Shown: in pieces, positions 9,770 to 19,246 of the stretch | Position numbering within the stretch: the first letter of the stretch is position 1 | How the letters are laid out: every line of letters begins with the position of its first letter | DNA from: Candidatus Velthaea sp. | Lineage (GTDB): Bacteria; Vulcanimicrobiota; Vulcanimicrobiia; Vulcanimicrobiales; Vulcanimicrobiaceae | Assembly (NCBI GenBank): GCA_965214935.1 | Contig: CBDCCS010000022.1 | Span: forward strand, 704,001 to 768,000 | Reading direction: 5' to 3' | Length of the DNA stretch: 64,000 nt | The notes under the pieces: generated by a model | Database searches by the model: none | What the model saw: the letters and a program-made list of their open reading frames with translations, nothing else | What the model was told of the DNA's origin: nothing | Translations under genes and position numbers: made by a program

Positions 9770-10512
9770 GAACGAGCGACAAACGCGTGTCGCTCGATGA
9801 AGCCGGGCGATCGTCAAAAGTACGCGCATTGCACAAGCGCATTTTGTTAGTTGATGACGACGAAGGGATCGTCGCGGCCGTCGGACCGGCGCTGATCGCG
9901 CACGGTTACGACGTTGCGATCACCGCCGACGGTATCGAAGCACTGGCATCCTTCGAGATCGACGAGCCGGATCTCGTCCTGCTCGATCTTATGATGCCGC
10001 GGCTCGGCGGTCTGGAGATCTGCCGGCGCATCCGTCAGTCCTCATCGACGCCGATCATCGTGCTGAGCGTCAAGGGCGGCGAAGGCGACATCGTGTCCGT
10101 CCTCGATTTGGGCGCCGACGACTATTTAGTCAAGCCGTTTCGCTTGAGCGAACTGCGCGCTCGGATCAGCGCGGTGCTGCGCCGCGTCGGCAAGATACCT
10201 TCGCAGAAGATCGTATGCGGCGATCTCGAGATCGACACCGAGAAGCGGCACGTAAAAATAGCCGGACGCAACGTCACGCTGACGCCGATCGAGTATGCAC
10301 TCATTGCCGAACTTGGGGCGAATGTCGGCCGCGTGTTGACCACGCGTTTGTTGCTGCAGCGCGTGTGGGGGCGTCAGTACGGCAGCGAGAGCGATTACGT
10401 CAAAGGCGTCGTGCGCCGTCTGCGGGTCAAGCTCGAACCCGATCCGGCGCACCCGCGCTATATCATTACCGAGCCGCACGTGGGTTACCGGCTCGACGAT
10501 GGTTTCGAATAA
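9766..10512 (+). CDS. OmpR/KdpE-family response regulator
   Basis: LLVDDD, DLVLLDLMMP, GADDYLVKPF, and C-terminal wHTH (LRVKLEPDPAHPRYIITEPHVGY). Confidence 0.92.
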   Translation: MRTSDKRVSLDEAGRSSKVRALHKRILLVDDDEGIVAAVGPALIAHGYDVAITADGIEALASFEIDEPDLVLLDLMMPRLGGLEICRRIRQSSSTPIIVLSVKGGEGDIVSVLDLGADDYLVKPFRLSELRARISAVLRRVGKIPSQKIVCGDLEIDTEKRHVKIAGRNVTLTPIEYALIAELGANVGRVLTTRLLLQRVWGRQYGSESDYVKGVVRRLRVKLEPDPAHPRYIITEPHVGYRLDDGFE

Positions 10513-10579
10513 GGAGCCTCGGGGCGGGATCGCGCCGGCGTAGGGCCGCTTCGGCGCATCGGGTTCGGCTTCGACAATG

Positions 10580-11101
10580 TTATGGTTCGCGTTCGACGTG
10601 GTGGGGCCGGCGGCGTAATGCAACGTGCGCATATCGCTGTGCGTAACACAACACTGCGAGCAACGCGACGGCGATCGCGAAGAAGCCGGCATGATTATCG
10701 TTAGCCGGCAAGTCGGCGAAAATCAGCGACGTCGACACCGCCGGCGCATGGAGGGTGTCGCCGGCGATCAACAGGGTGACCGTAACGAGCATGGCGATGG
10801 TCTCCGCGACAAAGCCGGGGTGAACGGCGATTGCGGCAATCGTACCGATGACTGCGGCGAAGAGTTGTGCGCCGACGACGACCCGAACGTGATTGGCCCG
10901 CCCCAGCGGCGACAAATAGATGAGAAACGCGCTTGCCGCTAACGGTGCAAACAGTAAATGCGCGTGAGCGCTATATTGCGGCACGGCCGTAATTGCCAGG
11001 ACGGTGATAGTCGGCGGGACCGCCAGTACGATTGCCTGAGCGAACGAACGCGAACGCGGTGGTTCCGGATGGGGCTGCTCCTCGCCATGCTGTTCGCTCA
11101 T
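10580..11101 (-). CDS. HPP family membrane protein
   Basis: LFAPLAASAFLIY and HAPAVSTSL motifs, hydrophobic helices. Likely start MSEQHG at 11101. Confidence 0.8.
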   Translation of the reverse strand: MSEQHGEEQPHPEPPRSRSFAQAIVLAVPPTITVLAITAVPQYSAHAHLLFAPLAASAFLIYLSPLGRANHVRVVVGAQLFAAVIGTIAAIAVHPGFVAETIAMLVTVTLLIAGDTLHAPAVSTSLIFADLPANDNHAGFFAIAVALLAVLCYAQRYAHVALRRRPHHVEREP

Positions 11102-11282
11102 GACGAAGTCTTTGCTAAACGGCGGCTTGCGCAATGCTAAGCTGCCGCCGGAGTATCCTGCGCTCTTCGAGAGCCGGTTTCCGATTGGTGAAGTCCAGCG
11201 GCTCTGACGGCCGGCTGTTCTGCTGTCTTTCGGCACAAACGCGCGTCCGTTTCGACGGACCGCCGGCGTTGCTGATATACTA

Positions 11283-12230
11283 GTGGGAATGCTTGGAGCC
11301 GTTGCACCACTCTTGCGAATCTACCGCTGCCTCATCGCGGCAAGCGCGTTGGCTTTTGTTCAGCAGTCGGCCGCACCGCCTTTACCGGCCGACGTGCTTT
11401 TCGCACGAGCGGTCGCCGTTGTCGACAGCGATGCCCGAAGTCCGTTTGCGACGTATACGGTCGTCGTCACGGTCGCGAACGGCGAACGCCGGATCGTTAG
11501 CTCTTGGCAAACGACGGAAGACATCCGGCACGGAATCGTGCTCGCGAATTCGTTTTCGGAAGAAGAGCGGGCGCATCCGACGACGCCGCATGGTGCCAAT
11601 ATCGTGGCTCATCGTCGTATCTTGCTATCGGCGCCGCGGAATCTCAATCCCAGTAGCGACCCGTCCTCAAGTCTTTCGCTCAATTCGCACCCGGTCAATC
11701 CCGACCGGACGGGCGACATCGTCGGTCCTGTCGCTCTTGCCGTCGATCAAAATTTTGGGCTAACGCGTCCGCGCGGGTATCGTGTCGCAAACGACGAGCG
11801 AACGATCGTAGCGGGTGCCGACGAGCTAACGATCATCGGTCGCAGCGGCACCGCGACGCCGCGCTATCGCGTCGAACTGCTGGCAGCGGACGGCGGCATT
11901 GCGCACCTGGCGCTAACGCCCCTGCGAGACGCTTACCACAATCGGTTGCGCGAGTTGTGGATCGATACGGATACCGCATACGTACGCGAGGCGATCGTTC
12001 AAGGCGTCGGCGACCGGGCACCGTTCGATCGGGCGCGTTGGCACGTAACATTCGATCGTCATGCCGGCGCGACGTTCGTAACCGAAGTACATTCGGTCGA
12101 ACCCGTCGCTATCGGCGGTTCTTCCCCGAACATCAGCATCGCGTTCGAGAACCTCGACCTTCCATCGCTTTCTCCGATTAAATCGACCTTCGGTATTAAG
12201 GCACCGGTCCGCTATTTACGCGACCCGTAG
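11283..12230 (+). CDS. Hypothetical secreted protein
   Basis: Signal-like N-terminus; beta-rich C-terminal region (HLALTPLRD...RLRELWIDT). Start uncertain. Confidence 0.65.
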   Translation: MGMLGAVAPLLRIYRCLIAASALAFVQQSAAPPLPADVLFARAVAVVDSDARSPFATYTVVVTVANGERRIVSSWQTTEDIRHGIVLANSFSEEERAHPTTPHGANIVAHRRILLSAPRNLNPSSDPSSSLSLNSHPVNPDRTGDIVGPVALAVDQNFGLTRPRGYRVANDERTIVAGADELTIIGRSGTATPRYRVELLAADGGIAHLALTPLRDAYHNRLRELWIDTDTAYVREAIVQGVGDRAPFDRARWHVTFDRHAGATFVTEVHSVEPVAIGGSSPNISIAFENLDLPSLSPIKSTFGIKAPVRYLRDP

Positions 12231-12800
12231 TTCACGACGTTTGCCGCGATGAAGCCACCCGGCGCCGGCGTCGCGTTACCGGCAGCACGAATGTCGTTTC
12301 CAAACGCGCATCGCACTCGATAACGCCGGCGCGCCTGCCGCCGTTGTGGCCGTCGCGTCGGCGATCGTTGCGAAGCCCGAAATTCATATGATGTCGAGCA
12401 TTTGCGACGATTGGTCGACGAGTCTCCGCCGGCGGTGCGGCCAAATGGTTCGTTTTCGTGTCGTATCGCGCGATCGCCGACTAGTCCGGCGCCCGAACCG
12501 CAATTTGTGAATCTCTGCCACAAAAGAAGTTTAGAGCCGACACTGTTCGTGTTGATCGTCTCATCATGCACGTACTAGACCATCACTGATGCGCACACGA
12601 GCGGGCTTACATATTAGTTGCTCGCACGACAGCGACGCGTTAGTTCTTCGACGTATCAGTCGAACGTGATAATCTCATCGCGTTTCGCGCGAAATAGCGT
12701 CTTGCATTTCAATGTAAAGTAAGGGTATGATCGGTGGAACTAATTTCAGAGCGGAAGCGGCACTAGCGGTTTCACGTCTTTGCTTGACGTTTCGGGAGTG

Positions 12801-13757
12801 ATGATGATCGAGCGTTTGAGACTCTCTGTCGTGAGTCTTGCTGTCGCGGGAGCTCTTACCGCGTGTGCAAGCGGCAACTCCGGCCCGGCTCCGATCGGGC
12901 CGGGCGTGTGGCAAGTCGATGCCGGCGCATCGCAGAGCGCCGAAGCACTACAGACGTTGGCATTTTACCCGCAGACGATCTCGGTTAACGCCGGCGATAC
13001 CGTTCAATGGAATTACCCAACGGGAGAGCCGCATACCGTAACGCTTCTCGGTCCGCGCGCGGCGCCGGCCGGGCCGAACGATCCGACGAACGCCGTGCCG
13101 GCCGGTCCTGCGAACTACGACGGTTCGACGTATGTGAGCTCCGGCTTTTTACTGCTTGGCAAATCCTATCGAATGACGTTTCCAAAACCCGGTAGCTATA
13201 CGTATTACTGTTTAATTCATCCCGGCATGCACGGCACGGTAAACGTGCAGCCCGAGGGAAGCGCCCATGTTGCGGATCAAGCGACGTATACGTCCCAAGC
13301 CGCCGCACAATCTTCGACCGATTTAGCAAGCGACGCGGCGTCGGTAACGACGTTTCCGTATGCGGCGGGCGGTCCGCACCTCGTCGCCGGAATCTCGCCG
13401 GCTATGAATATGGGTCGACCGTCTTCATCCACCGTCATGCGTTTTCTCGACGGTCCGGCGCTACTGGACACGGCCGTGACAATCGCTGCCGGACAAATTG
13501 TTACGTGGACAAATGCGTCGAATAACTCACCGCATACCGTAACGATCGCGCCGGCCGGCGCGGCGTTTCCCAATCTAAGCCCGTTTTCGCCGCCGAGTGG
13601 CGGAAACGTGTACGATGGAACGACCCTCGTCAATTCGGGCGTCCTGGCTCCCGGAGCGAGCTTTAGCTTACAGTTCACCAAGCCCGGGACGTACACATAC
13701 CATTGCATCTTTCATGATGACACCGAGAATATGATCGGAACCGTCATCGTACAATAG
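12801..13757 (+). CDS. Lipoprotein with two cupredoxin (plastocyanin/azurin-like) domains
   Basis: Lipobox LTAC; EPHTVT...YYCLIHPGM and SPHTVT...YHCIFHDDTENM type-1 copper motifs. Confidence 0.85.
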   Translation: MMIERLRLSVVSLAVAGALTACASGNSGPAPIGPGVWQVDAGASQSAEALQTLAFYPQTISVNAGDTVQWNYPTGEPHTVTLLGPRAAPAGPNDPTNAVPAGPANYDGSTYVSSGFLLLGKSYRMTFPKPGSYTYYCLIHPGMHGTVNVQPEGSAHVADQATYTSQAAAQSSTDLASDAASVTTFPYAAGGPHLVAGISPAMNMGRPSSSTVMRFLDGPALLDTAVTIAAGQIVTWTNASNNSPHTVTIAPAGAAFPNLSPFSPPSGGNVYDGTTLVNSGVLAPGASFSLQFTKPGTYTYHCIFHDDTENMIGTVIVQ

Positions 13758-13859
13758 CAACTAGCACAAGGTAACGGGCTAACAAGCTACACATACCGTT
13801 CAACTGCATCGTTAGATCCGCTAATTGTTGAATAAATGTTAACGTTACGACGAAAGAAT

Positions 13860-14208
13860 TCATACGAAGTTCGGCATTTCGGTCGCGAGTTCTGCAGCGA
13901 AACGTTTGCCGGCGGTAATTGTTGAGCATTCTTGCGTCTTGCTAGCGCCGCATACAAGCAATCGTATACGGGATGATCGAGACGTTGCGCTAGCACGGCG
14001 GCATCGGCAGCGGAGGGTAAAGCCCAAGTACATAGTCGAGCGACGGTGCTCCTGATCGCGAGCGGACGCTTTTCCAACGTGCGTTCAGAAGTCCGGCAAC
14101 GATTAGTTGAGGTGCAAGGATGCTCGTTGCGTCTGCAATGATGTGATCGCCTCGTTCTAGCGTTGCCAACAAGATAAATGCCGAGCTTGCATCGATTACA
14201 ATCTTCAC
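13860..14208 (-). pseudogene. Frameshifted PIN-domain (VapC-like) toxin
   Basis: MKIVIDASS in one frame, LAQRLDHPVYDCLYAALA in a second, and ITAGKRFAAEL in a third. Confidence 0.75.
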
Positions 14209-14443
14209 CGCTCGTCACGGTCGTTGCGAATCGCTCGCAAGCCGGCGTTAACGTCAATGTTCGGATTGGAAATGTTGCGCAGCCAATTCATGAACGAACG
14301 CCCCCCTGGCTCGAGCCCTCGTTGCAACGCGTCAAGTGCTTCGGCTTGCACAGATCTACCATGCTCGCAAGCCTGCGCCCGTCACGACGTGTGTCGGAAG
14401 GTTTCGAAGAAGTGGTTGCGGCGCGGCGATCTACTCTCAGCAT
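14205..14443 (-). pseudogene. Frameshifted FitA/VapB-like RHH antitoxin
   Basis: LLRNLP in one frame and EHGRSVQAEALDAL...AIRNDRDER* in another. Its stop overlaps the toxin start (GTGA). Confidence 0.6.
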
Positions 14444-15498
14444 ACCTAAATGAAACCGTGCTTGTCGCGGAACGCACGAGCCATATCGTCTTGTTCGCTG
14501 CGTTTCATACCGAGCGATGTAGCAGTGGCGCTCCATTGAGAAACGGATTGACCGAGCCGATCGATCAGCGGCTTTGCATGTGAGTCCGTAACGCGGAAAT
14601 ACGGTGCGACGGATCGTGCAAGATCGAGGTCGAGCGCATGATCGCTTTCATTTAATATTCAACGACAACCCGACCGAGCCGGGAACTGGATTCATATCAT
14701 ACGCGGGCGAAAGTCGTACCCGCGTTCTCCCCTGCGGCAGACGCGAACCCGGAAGAGACTTGCGTCTTGGTCCTTGGCGTTTGCACCAAACATGCGGTCG
14801 ATCGTACGTGAAGCTTACAGATATGCAAGTGTGTCGTTAAGATAGCTTCGAGGCTTGTTAACAAAAGCGGACCCCCGGTAACGGAAGCCCTCGTGCAAAT
14901 CTTCGCTTGACTAGACAGGCTATAATCGTCGCAAGATTCCTATCTTAACTTAACGAGTCTATTGCCTTCTAAAACGCTAGAACACTAGAACGGTTTTATG
15001 CAACAAAGCATGTTAAGAAGGGGTTGGTTGGGAAACGACACGAGCTTCCGACGCGCCATTTAGTGCGGCAATTGGGCCGGGAAGTCTGCAACGTTCCGCT
15101 TCCTGGCTGTAGCGGTCGCCGCAAAGACCCACCGACCGAAGTGGCGCATTTCCGCCAGGTGAGCCGTTTCTGTCGCCATTGGCGATCACTGGATTCATGC
15201 GCGACCACGTCCTTGCAAATCTGGGCTTCGAAAGGAATCCAGGCGGGCCGATCGATTCGCGCACCCTGAGCTGCTCCGCCAATACGAGCCCCTTTACGCC
15301 GCTCCCAACAGCGGCCGACGGCGTGCGGGACGAGCAGCTCGTATTTGGATTTTGAGCGGTCGTTTTGCGGCCTGGAAACCTTTACGGACAGGACCTTCCG
15401 CTTTAGTATCAAGGGGCCCCTTTCGTGCTAGCCTGCATCCTCCCTGGCCGGGGGTGAAACGCCCCCCGTCGAAGACCGGGCCGAGGACATTATCCGCG

Positions 15499-15927
15499 AT
15501 GCGCTGCTATTCGTCTCTCGCTTTCACCATGCTCGTTGTCGCGCTCACAAGCGCACGAATATGTGCAGCAGCTGAGACCTGCACGACGTCTTTTGCGAAG
15601 GCTGACTGGTCGAGCCAGTGGATTACTCATCCGTGCCATTGTTTCGATAAGATGCCGCGTGGAACGAAGATTTATCTTGTCGATCAATATCAGATCGTCG
15701 ACGGAAACAGCACGGCAGATTTGCCGCCGGAAACCGTTTTTTCGTGCGCTGCATCCGGGTTGACATACGCAGTCGCCGGATCGGCCCACCGCGAGCACGT
15801 TCCGGCGACGGCAAAAGTTACGTATGTGCGAGCCGCCGTCGAGATGGTCGTTACTTCACGCGAAGCACAGACTGAACTCGACCATCGACTTCGTAGCGGA
15901 AAGGCCGTTTTCGAGCGCCTTCGCTAA
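15499..15927 (+). CDS. Hypothetical secreted protein
   Basis: Signal-like MRCYSSLAFTMLVVALTSARICAA within the 15352-15927 ORF. Confidence 0.45.
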   Translation: MRCYSSLAFTMLVVALTSARICAAAETCTTSFAKADWSSQWITHPCHCFDKMPRGTKIYLVDQYQIVDGNSTADLPPETVFSCAASGLTYAVAGSAHREHVPATAKVTYVRAAVEMVVTSREAQTELDHRLRSGKAVFERLR

Positions 15928-16063
15928 CGGGCCGAGTCGACATAATACGTGATTGTTGGTCGCTACCTCGGGGCGCCCAAAAGGGACCCGTTTTGATGCA
16001 ACCGGGAGACCGATGCGTTCGCAAAAAGGGTCGTCCGTGAGACGATGCCAAAACGCCTCCACG

Positions 16064-16630
16064 ATGCCGCACCTTTATCACTTCTGCTCGAGGGAGTTCC
16101 GCGGTTCTGTTCTCTATCCGCTAAACGATTTGCGTGCAATTCATCCTGATCTCTATGCGCGCGAGAGGGGAAAATACTCCGGACGTGAGCGCGTTTTAGA
16201 CTTCATCGTGCCGCGAATCGGGGTGCGCTGGGCAGATACGGTGAATTTATCAGCACTCGACCCGCGCCGGCTCGTTGAGGAACGCCGCAGCTTAGGAGTG
16301 GCGTTCTCGAACTTCTTTTCACGCCGGCTGTTGCGCATTCCGATCGAACGTATCGCCGAGCTTCCTGCAACGCGGTACGTGGCGACAACGCATTGGCTCA
16401 ATAGTCGTCCGCACGATCCAAACGCCCCGACGGCTCCGCCCGAAACGGATTTTAGCGACTTCGATCCGCAGACGCACCAGGAAACCGCCGACGTCCCGCC
16501 ACTTCATCGGATATACTTGCAAGAACAGAAAGTCAACGACGCCGTTGCGCTTGGCTTTGTCTTCATTCCGCATGTGCTCGTCGCCGGGCCAATCGATGTG
16601 TCAGGCATCGAGCCGCTCGAACTGTCATGA
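16064..16630 (+). CDS. Conserved-looking hypothetical protein
   Basis: MPHLYH...GSVLYPLNDL...KYSGRE...FVFIPHVLV has globular-protein composition; function not recognised. Confidence 0.6.
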   Translation: MPHLYHFCSREFRGSVLYPLNDLRAIHPDLYARERGKYSGRERVLDFIVPRIGVRWADTVNLSALDPRRLVEERRSLGVAFSNFFSRRLLRIPIERIAELPATRYVATTHWLNSRPHDPNAPTAPPETDFSDFDPQTHQETADVPPLHRIYLQEQKVNDAVALGFVFIPHVLVAGPIDVSGIEPLELS

Positions 16631-16742
16631 ACGCGAAGCGACACGTATCACGCGACCGGTGCCGGCGCACGGCTCGTTCGCAACGTCGGCTCAATGATGT
16701 GCAGCCGGCATTAACATCTTCTCGCCGTGCGGCCGGTGGTTG

Positions 16743-16950
16743 CTATCGCGCGCTGCCCAGCGCCGCCCGGATACCCGTTAGAACCGCAGCCGGTTGTTGC
16801 CGCTGCAAAAAATGGCCGCACTCCGGCAGGACGTGGAGCGCGTAGCTCCGCGGAAAAGCGCCTCTTTCCCAACCGCGCTGTGCGCCAACGTCGCGCCGTC
16901 GTCGCGCCCCATGAAGACGACGGTCGGCACGTCGATTGGCGGAACCCGAT
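16743..16950 (-). pseudogene. C-terminal remnant of an alpha/beta hydrolase
   Basis: IDVPTVVFMGRDDG and LHVLPECGHFLQRQQP occur in different frames. Confidence 0.5.
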
Positions 16951-17159
16951 TGAGATGGGAGCAGCCGTAACCAAGGCCTCGACCATCCGTGGGTGTAGTT
17001 CATCGCTCGCGGTCAATTTAGCTCCGTCACCGATTCGGGCCAACGCCGCATCGATGGTCGGCATGTAGCCCTCGAGAAGATCTTGATCGGCCAAGCCACC
17101 GGAATAGATACGCAACGCGCGTTCCCACTGCGTTCGCTGAGTTGTGGATAGCTGCAGAT

Positions 17160-17484
17160 TTCTGCTGCTTAGTCATCACGGACGGTAATCACAAAAGAAA
17201 GGGCCGAGCTTCGCTTGGCCTTTTTTCATCGGTCGAGCTTGCATTTAGTCAATGTGAAGTTCGCAAAGGCATAAATTGAAATCGGTCTGATTCAATGTGA
17301 AATGCAGCACGTCAAAATTAAGTCATCGTGGTCGCTTCTAATTGTGTTGAGCAAGAAAAAACCCCGCTGCTGCAGAGTTCTTTCACTTACCATTTCGACG
17401 TTTTGCGACGACTTTCACATTGAATCGTCTTTTCACACTGAATCCATGAATTCGACTATTCAGCGTGAGACAGCGCTAGAACGG
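17160..17484. repeat. Element-end repeat, copy 1 (~310 bp)
   Basis: Colinear diverged match to 30376-30453 plus 31670-31921: ATCACGGACGGTAATCAC, terminator, TTTCACA(C/T)TGAAT motifs, GAATTCGACTATTCAGCGTGAGACA, CTAGAACGG. Confidence 0.9.
17198..17226. terminator. Intrinsic, likely bidirectional, terminator
   Basis: AAAG GGCCGAG CTTCG CTTGGCC TTTTTT. Confidence 0.8.
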
Positions 17485-17595
17485 CGTTGACTCACCCCGG
17501 ACGGCTAATTTCACACTGAATCAGTCGAAGGCCTCGATTTTCATATTGAATGGATAACCGAACGGGATTGGCAGTCTTGGCCACTGCCGGAGCTA

Positions 17596-17793
17596 TCACT
17601 CGGACTTATGTTCTTCTTCGCCCATCCCACTGCCCGGATCGTCAGGTCGGCTCATTATTTCCCGATGGCGAGCCAATGCCGATAGGTAACGCTCGCGGGC
17701 TTCTTCCGCAGAACTGGCGTGAACCGCCCAGCCATCCCCAGCAGCCGACCAACCGCTTTTTATCTTTCTCAGTATTGGTTTGGTCAATTCCAT
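17596..17793 (-). CDS. Small HicB-like protein
   Basis: GWSAAGDGWAVHASSAEEARERYLSAL fits the HicB-like beta-beta-beta-alpha pattern. Confidence 0.5.
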   Translation of the reverse strand: MELTKPILRKIKSGWSAAGDGWAVHASSAEEARERYLSALARHREIMSRPDDPGSGMGEEEHKSE

Positions 17794-17934
17794 GGGACTA
17801 GCATAGCGTTGACCACCGACATCGAAAAAGTGCGGTATTAAAATAGTTTGAATAATATTTACCCGCTGACGCCCGTTGACGCGTTGATCATTCTCGTGAT
17901 ATCGTGGATCAAATTCTTATTCACGGAGATGAAC

Positions 17935-18693
17935 ATGTTATCGGACGAGCCGGATTTTATGGCCTACGGCCCGGGAAACCGGACGGTGGAGGTTGTACAG
18001 CGCATTCACGAAGGAAAGTCCCCCGCCATTCTAAGCCTGAAGGCGTTGGTTTCGCTTGGTGTGCCTGAAGGAAATGCACCCCGCGTCCAGCGCGCCATGC
18101 GTTTTTTAGGGTTAACAAATCCGGAACATGAACTAACTGAGAATGCCATTCGCCTTCGGAAAGCGGCCTCCGAAGAATATCAGACTATACTAGCTGAACT
18201 TTTGCGGAGCGCTTATGCTCCAATTTTTGAGAGCTATGATCCCGCCACGGCCACGGACATGGATTTGCATAATGCTTTCAAGCCGTACGATCCCGCTGGG
18301 CAACGTGGCCAAATGATCGCACTGTTTATGGCTCTCTGTCGGGAAGCCGGGCTGGCTTCTGAGGGCGCGGAGGTTAGACGACGGGGCCGACCAAGCTTAG
18401 GTACACGAATTCGGGAGTCGAACGGTCGCGTTAATGTAAAAAAAGCAACGATCAACAAGCCTGCCACACTGTTGGAATCCGAACGACCGGCTGACATACG
18501 TGTCAAAAAGCTGAATGATGACGAATCGGATGAAATTCTGTTCCACCCAGCGATTGATGCCTACCTGCGTGCGGCTCGTCGAATCATTGAGAGCGAAAAT
18601 TGGACAGCGGATGCACGCGCTCGCGTCATACAAGGCTTCGAGACACAGCTTGATCTTTTTCTCCCAATCATAGCAAAGGAGAAAACTGGCTGA
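17935..18693 (+). CDS. DUF5343-like protein
   Basis: AYGP...LVSLGV...AMRFLGL...LAELLRSAYAPIF...LFMALCREAGL. GGAG precedes the ATG at 17935; upstream TTGACG/TATCGT promoter-like boxes. Confidence 0.65.
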   Translation: MLSDEPDFMAYGPGNRTVEVVQRIHEGKSPAILSLKALVSLGVPEGNAPRVQRAMRFLGLTNPEHELTENAIRLRKAASEEYQTILAELLRSAYAPIFESYDPATATDMDLHNAFKPYDPAGQRGQMIALFMALCREAGLASEGAEVRRRGRPSLGTRIRESNGRVNVKKATINKPATLLESERPADIRVKKLNDDESDEILFHPAIDAYLRAARRIIESENWTADARARVIQGFETQLDLFLPIIAKEKTG

Positions 18694-18742
18694 TATTGAT
18701 CTATCGGATTTGAAGTCGTATCGAAATTCAATACAAAAAAAC

Positions 18743-18771
18743 GACGTCTCCGGTGACTAGGCGGAGACGTC
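18743..18771 (-). terminator. Hairpin with a minus-strand U-tract
   Basis: GACGTCTCCG-N9-CGGAGACGTC, preceded on + by an A-run. Confidence 0.6.
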
Positions 18772-18777
18772 TCGAAT

Positions 18778-18865
18778 GGAACGGTGGTCGAGAGGTTTAA
18801 GGCACTGAGTTGACGACTCAGCAGACTCCTACAGAGTTTCGAGGGTTCGAATCCCTCCCGTTCCG
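18778..18865 (+). tRNA. Class II tRNA with a serine-type body and anticodon GAC (Val)
   Basis: Acceptor GGAACGG/CCGTTCC with G73; D arm GTCGAGAGGTTTAAGGC; anticodon stem CTGAG/CTCAG with loop TTGACGA; long variable arm AGACTC/GAGTTT; T arm GAGGG-TTCGAAT-CCCTC. CCA is not encoded. Confidence 0.9.
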
Positions 18866-18964
18866 CATCATCCTACCTTGATATTAGTCGATTATCTCAA
18901 GCTACACAAGGCTTTTTCTCGCATGTTTTCGGCGTAAATCGTCTTCATTTACACGTCGTATTTG

Positions 18965-19243
18965 TTAAGCAGGAACTAGCATTTCTTCCCGCGAGACACT
19001 CCAACCGCGCCTAAGCTGCTCTTCCTGTTGCTCGACTGAGAAAACGGCTTCGATAACAAAGCCCTCTCTTACTACATTTCCAGCATCGTCACGCTCAACA
19101 TAGCGCTCAATTGCACGCATTCTCGCGCCCCGTACCCGCGCAGCAAAATCGTCGTTTTCCAAGGTCATCTCAGAAATGACATCGAGCATTCGCATCCCGT
19201 CTTCAGGGTACCGAATCGGTAATCGTTCTCTTTTTGTTGCCAT
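18965..19243 (-). CDS. Hypothetical protein, putative antitoxin partner
   Basis: 92 aa, starts 3 nt downstream of the TumE-like gene. Confidence 0.55.
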   Translation of the reverse strand: MATKRERLPIRYPEDGMRMLDVISEMTLENDDFAARVRGARMRAIERYVERDDAGNVVREGFVIEAVFSVEQQEEQLRRGWSVSREEMLVPA

Positions 19244-19246
19244 CTC

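Noticed and set aside
14907..14926. TTGACT...TATAAT sigma70 promoter
   Set aside because: The spacer is only 8 bp.
17248..17551. Possible CRISPR array
   Set aside because: Repeats are only 13 bp, in mixed orientation with irregular spacing, and there are no cas genes.
18805..18821. Reading the tRNA as ordinary tRNA-Ser(TGA) or tRNA-Sec
   Set aside because: TGA occupies loop positions 33-35, not 34-36. There is no TCA anticodon and the fold is 7/5, not the 8/5 of bacterial tRNA-Sec.
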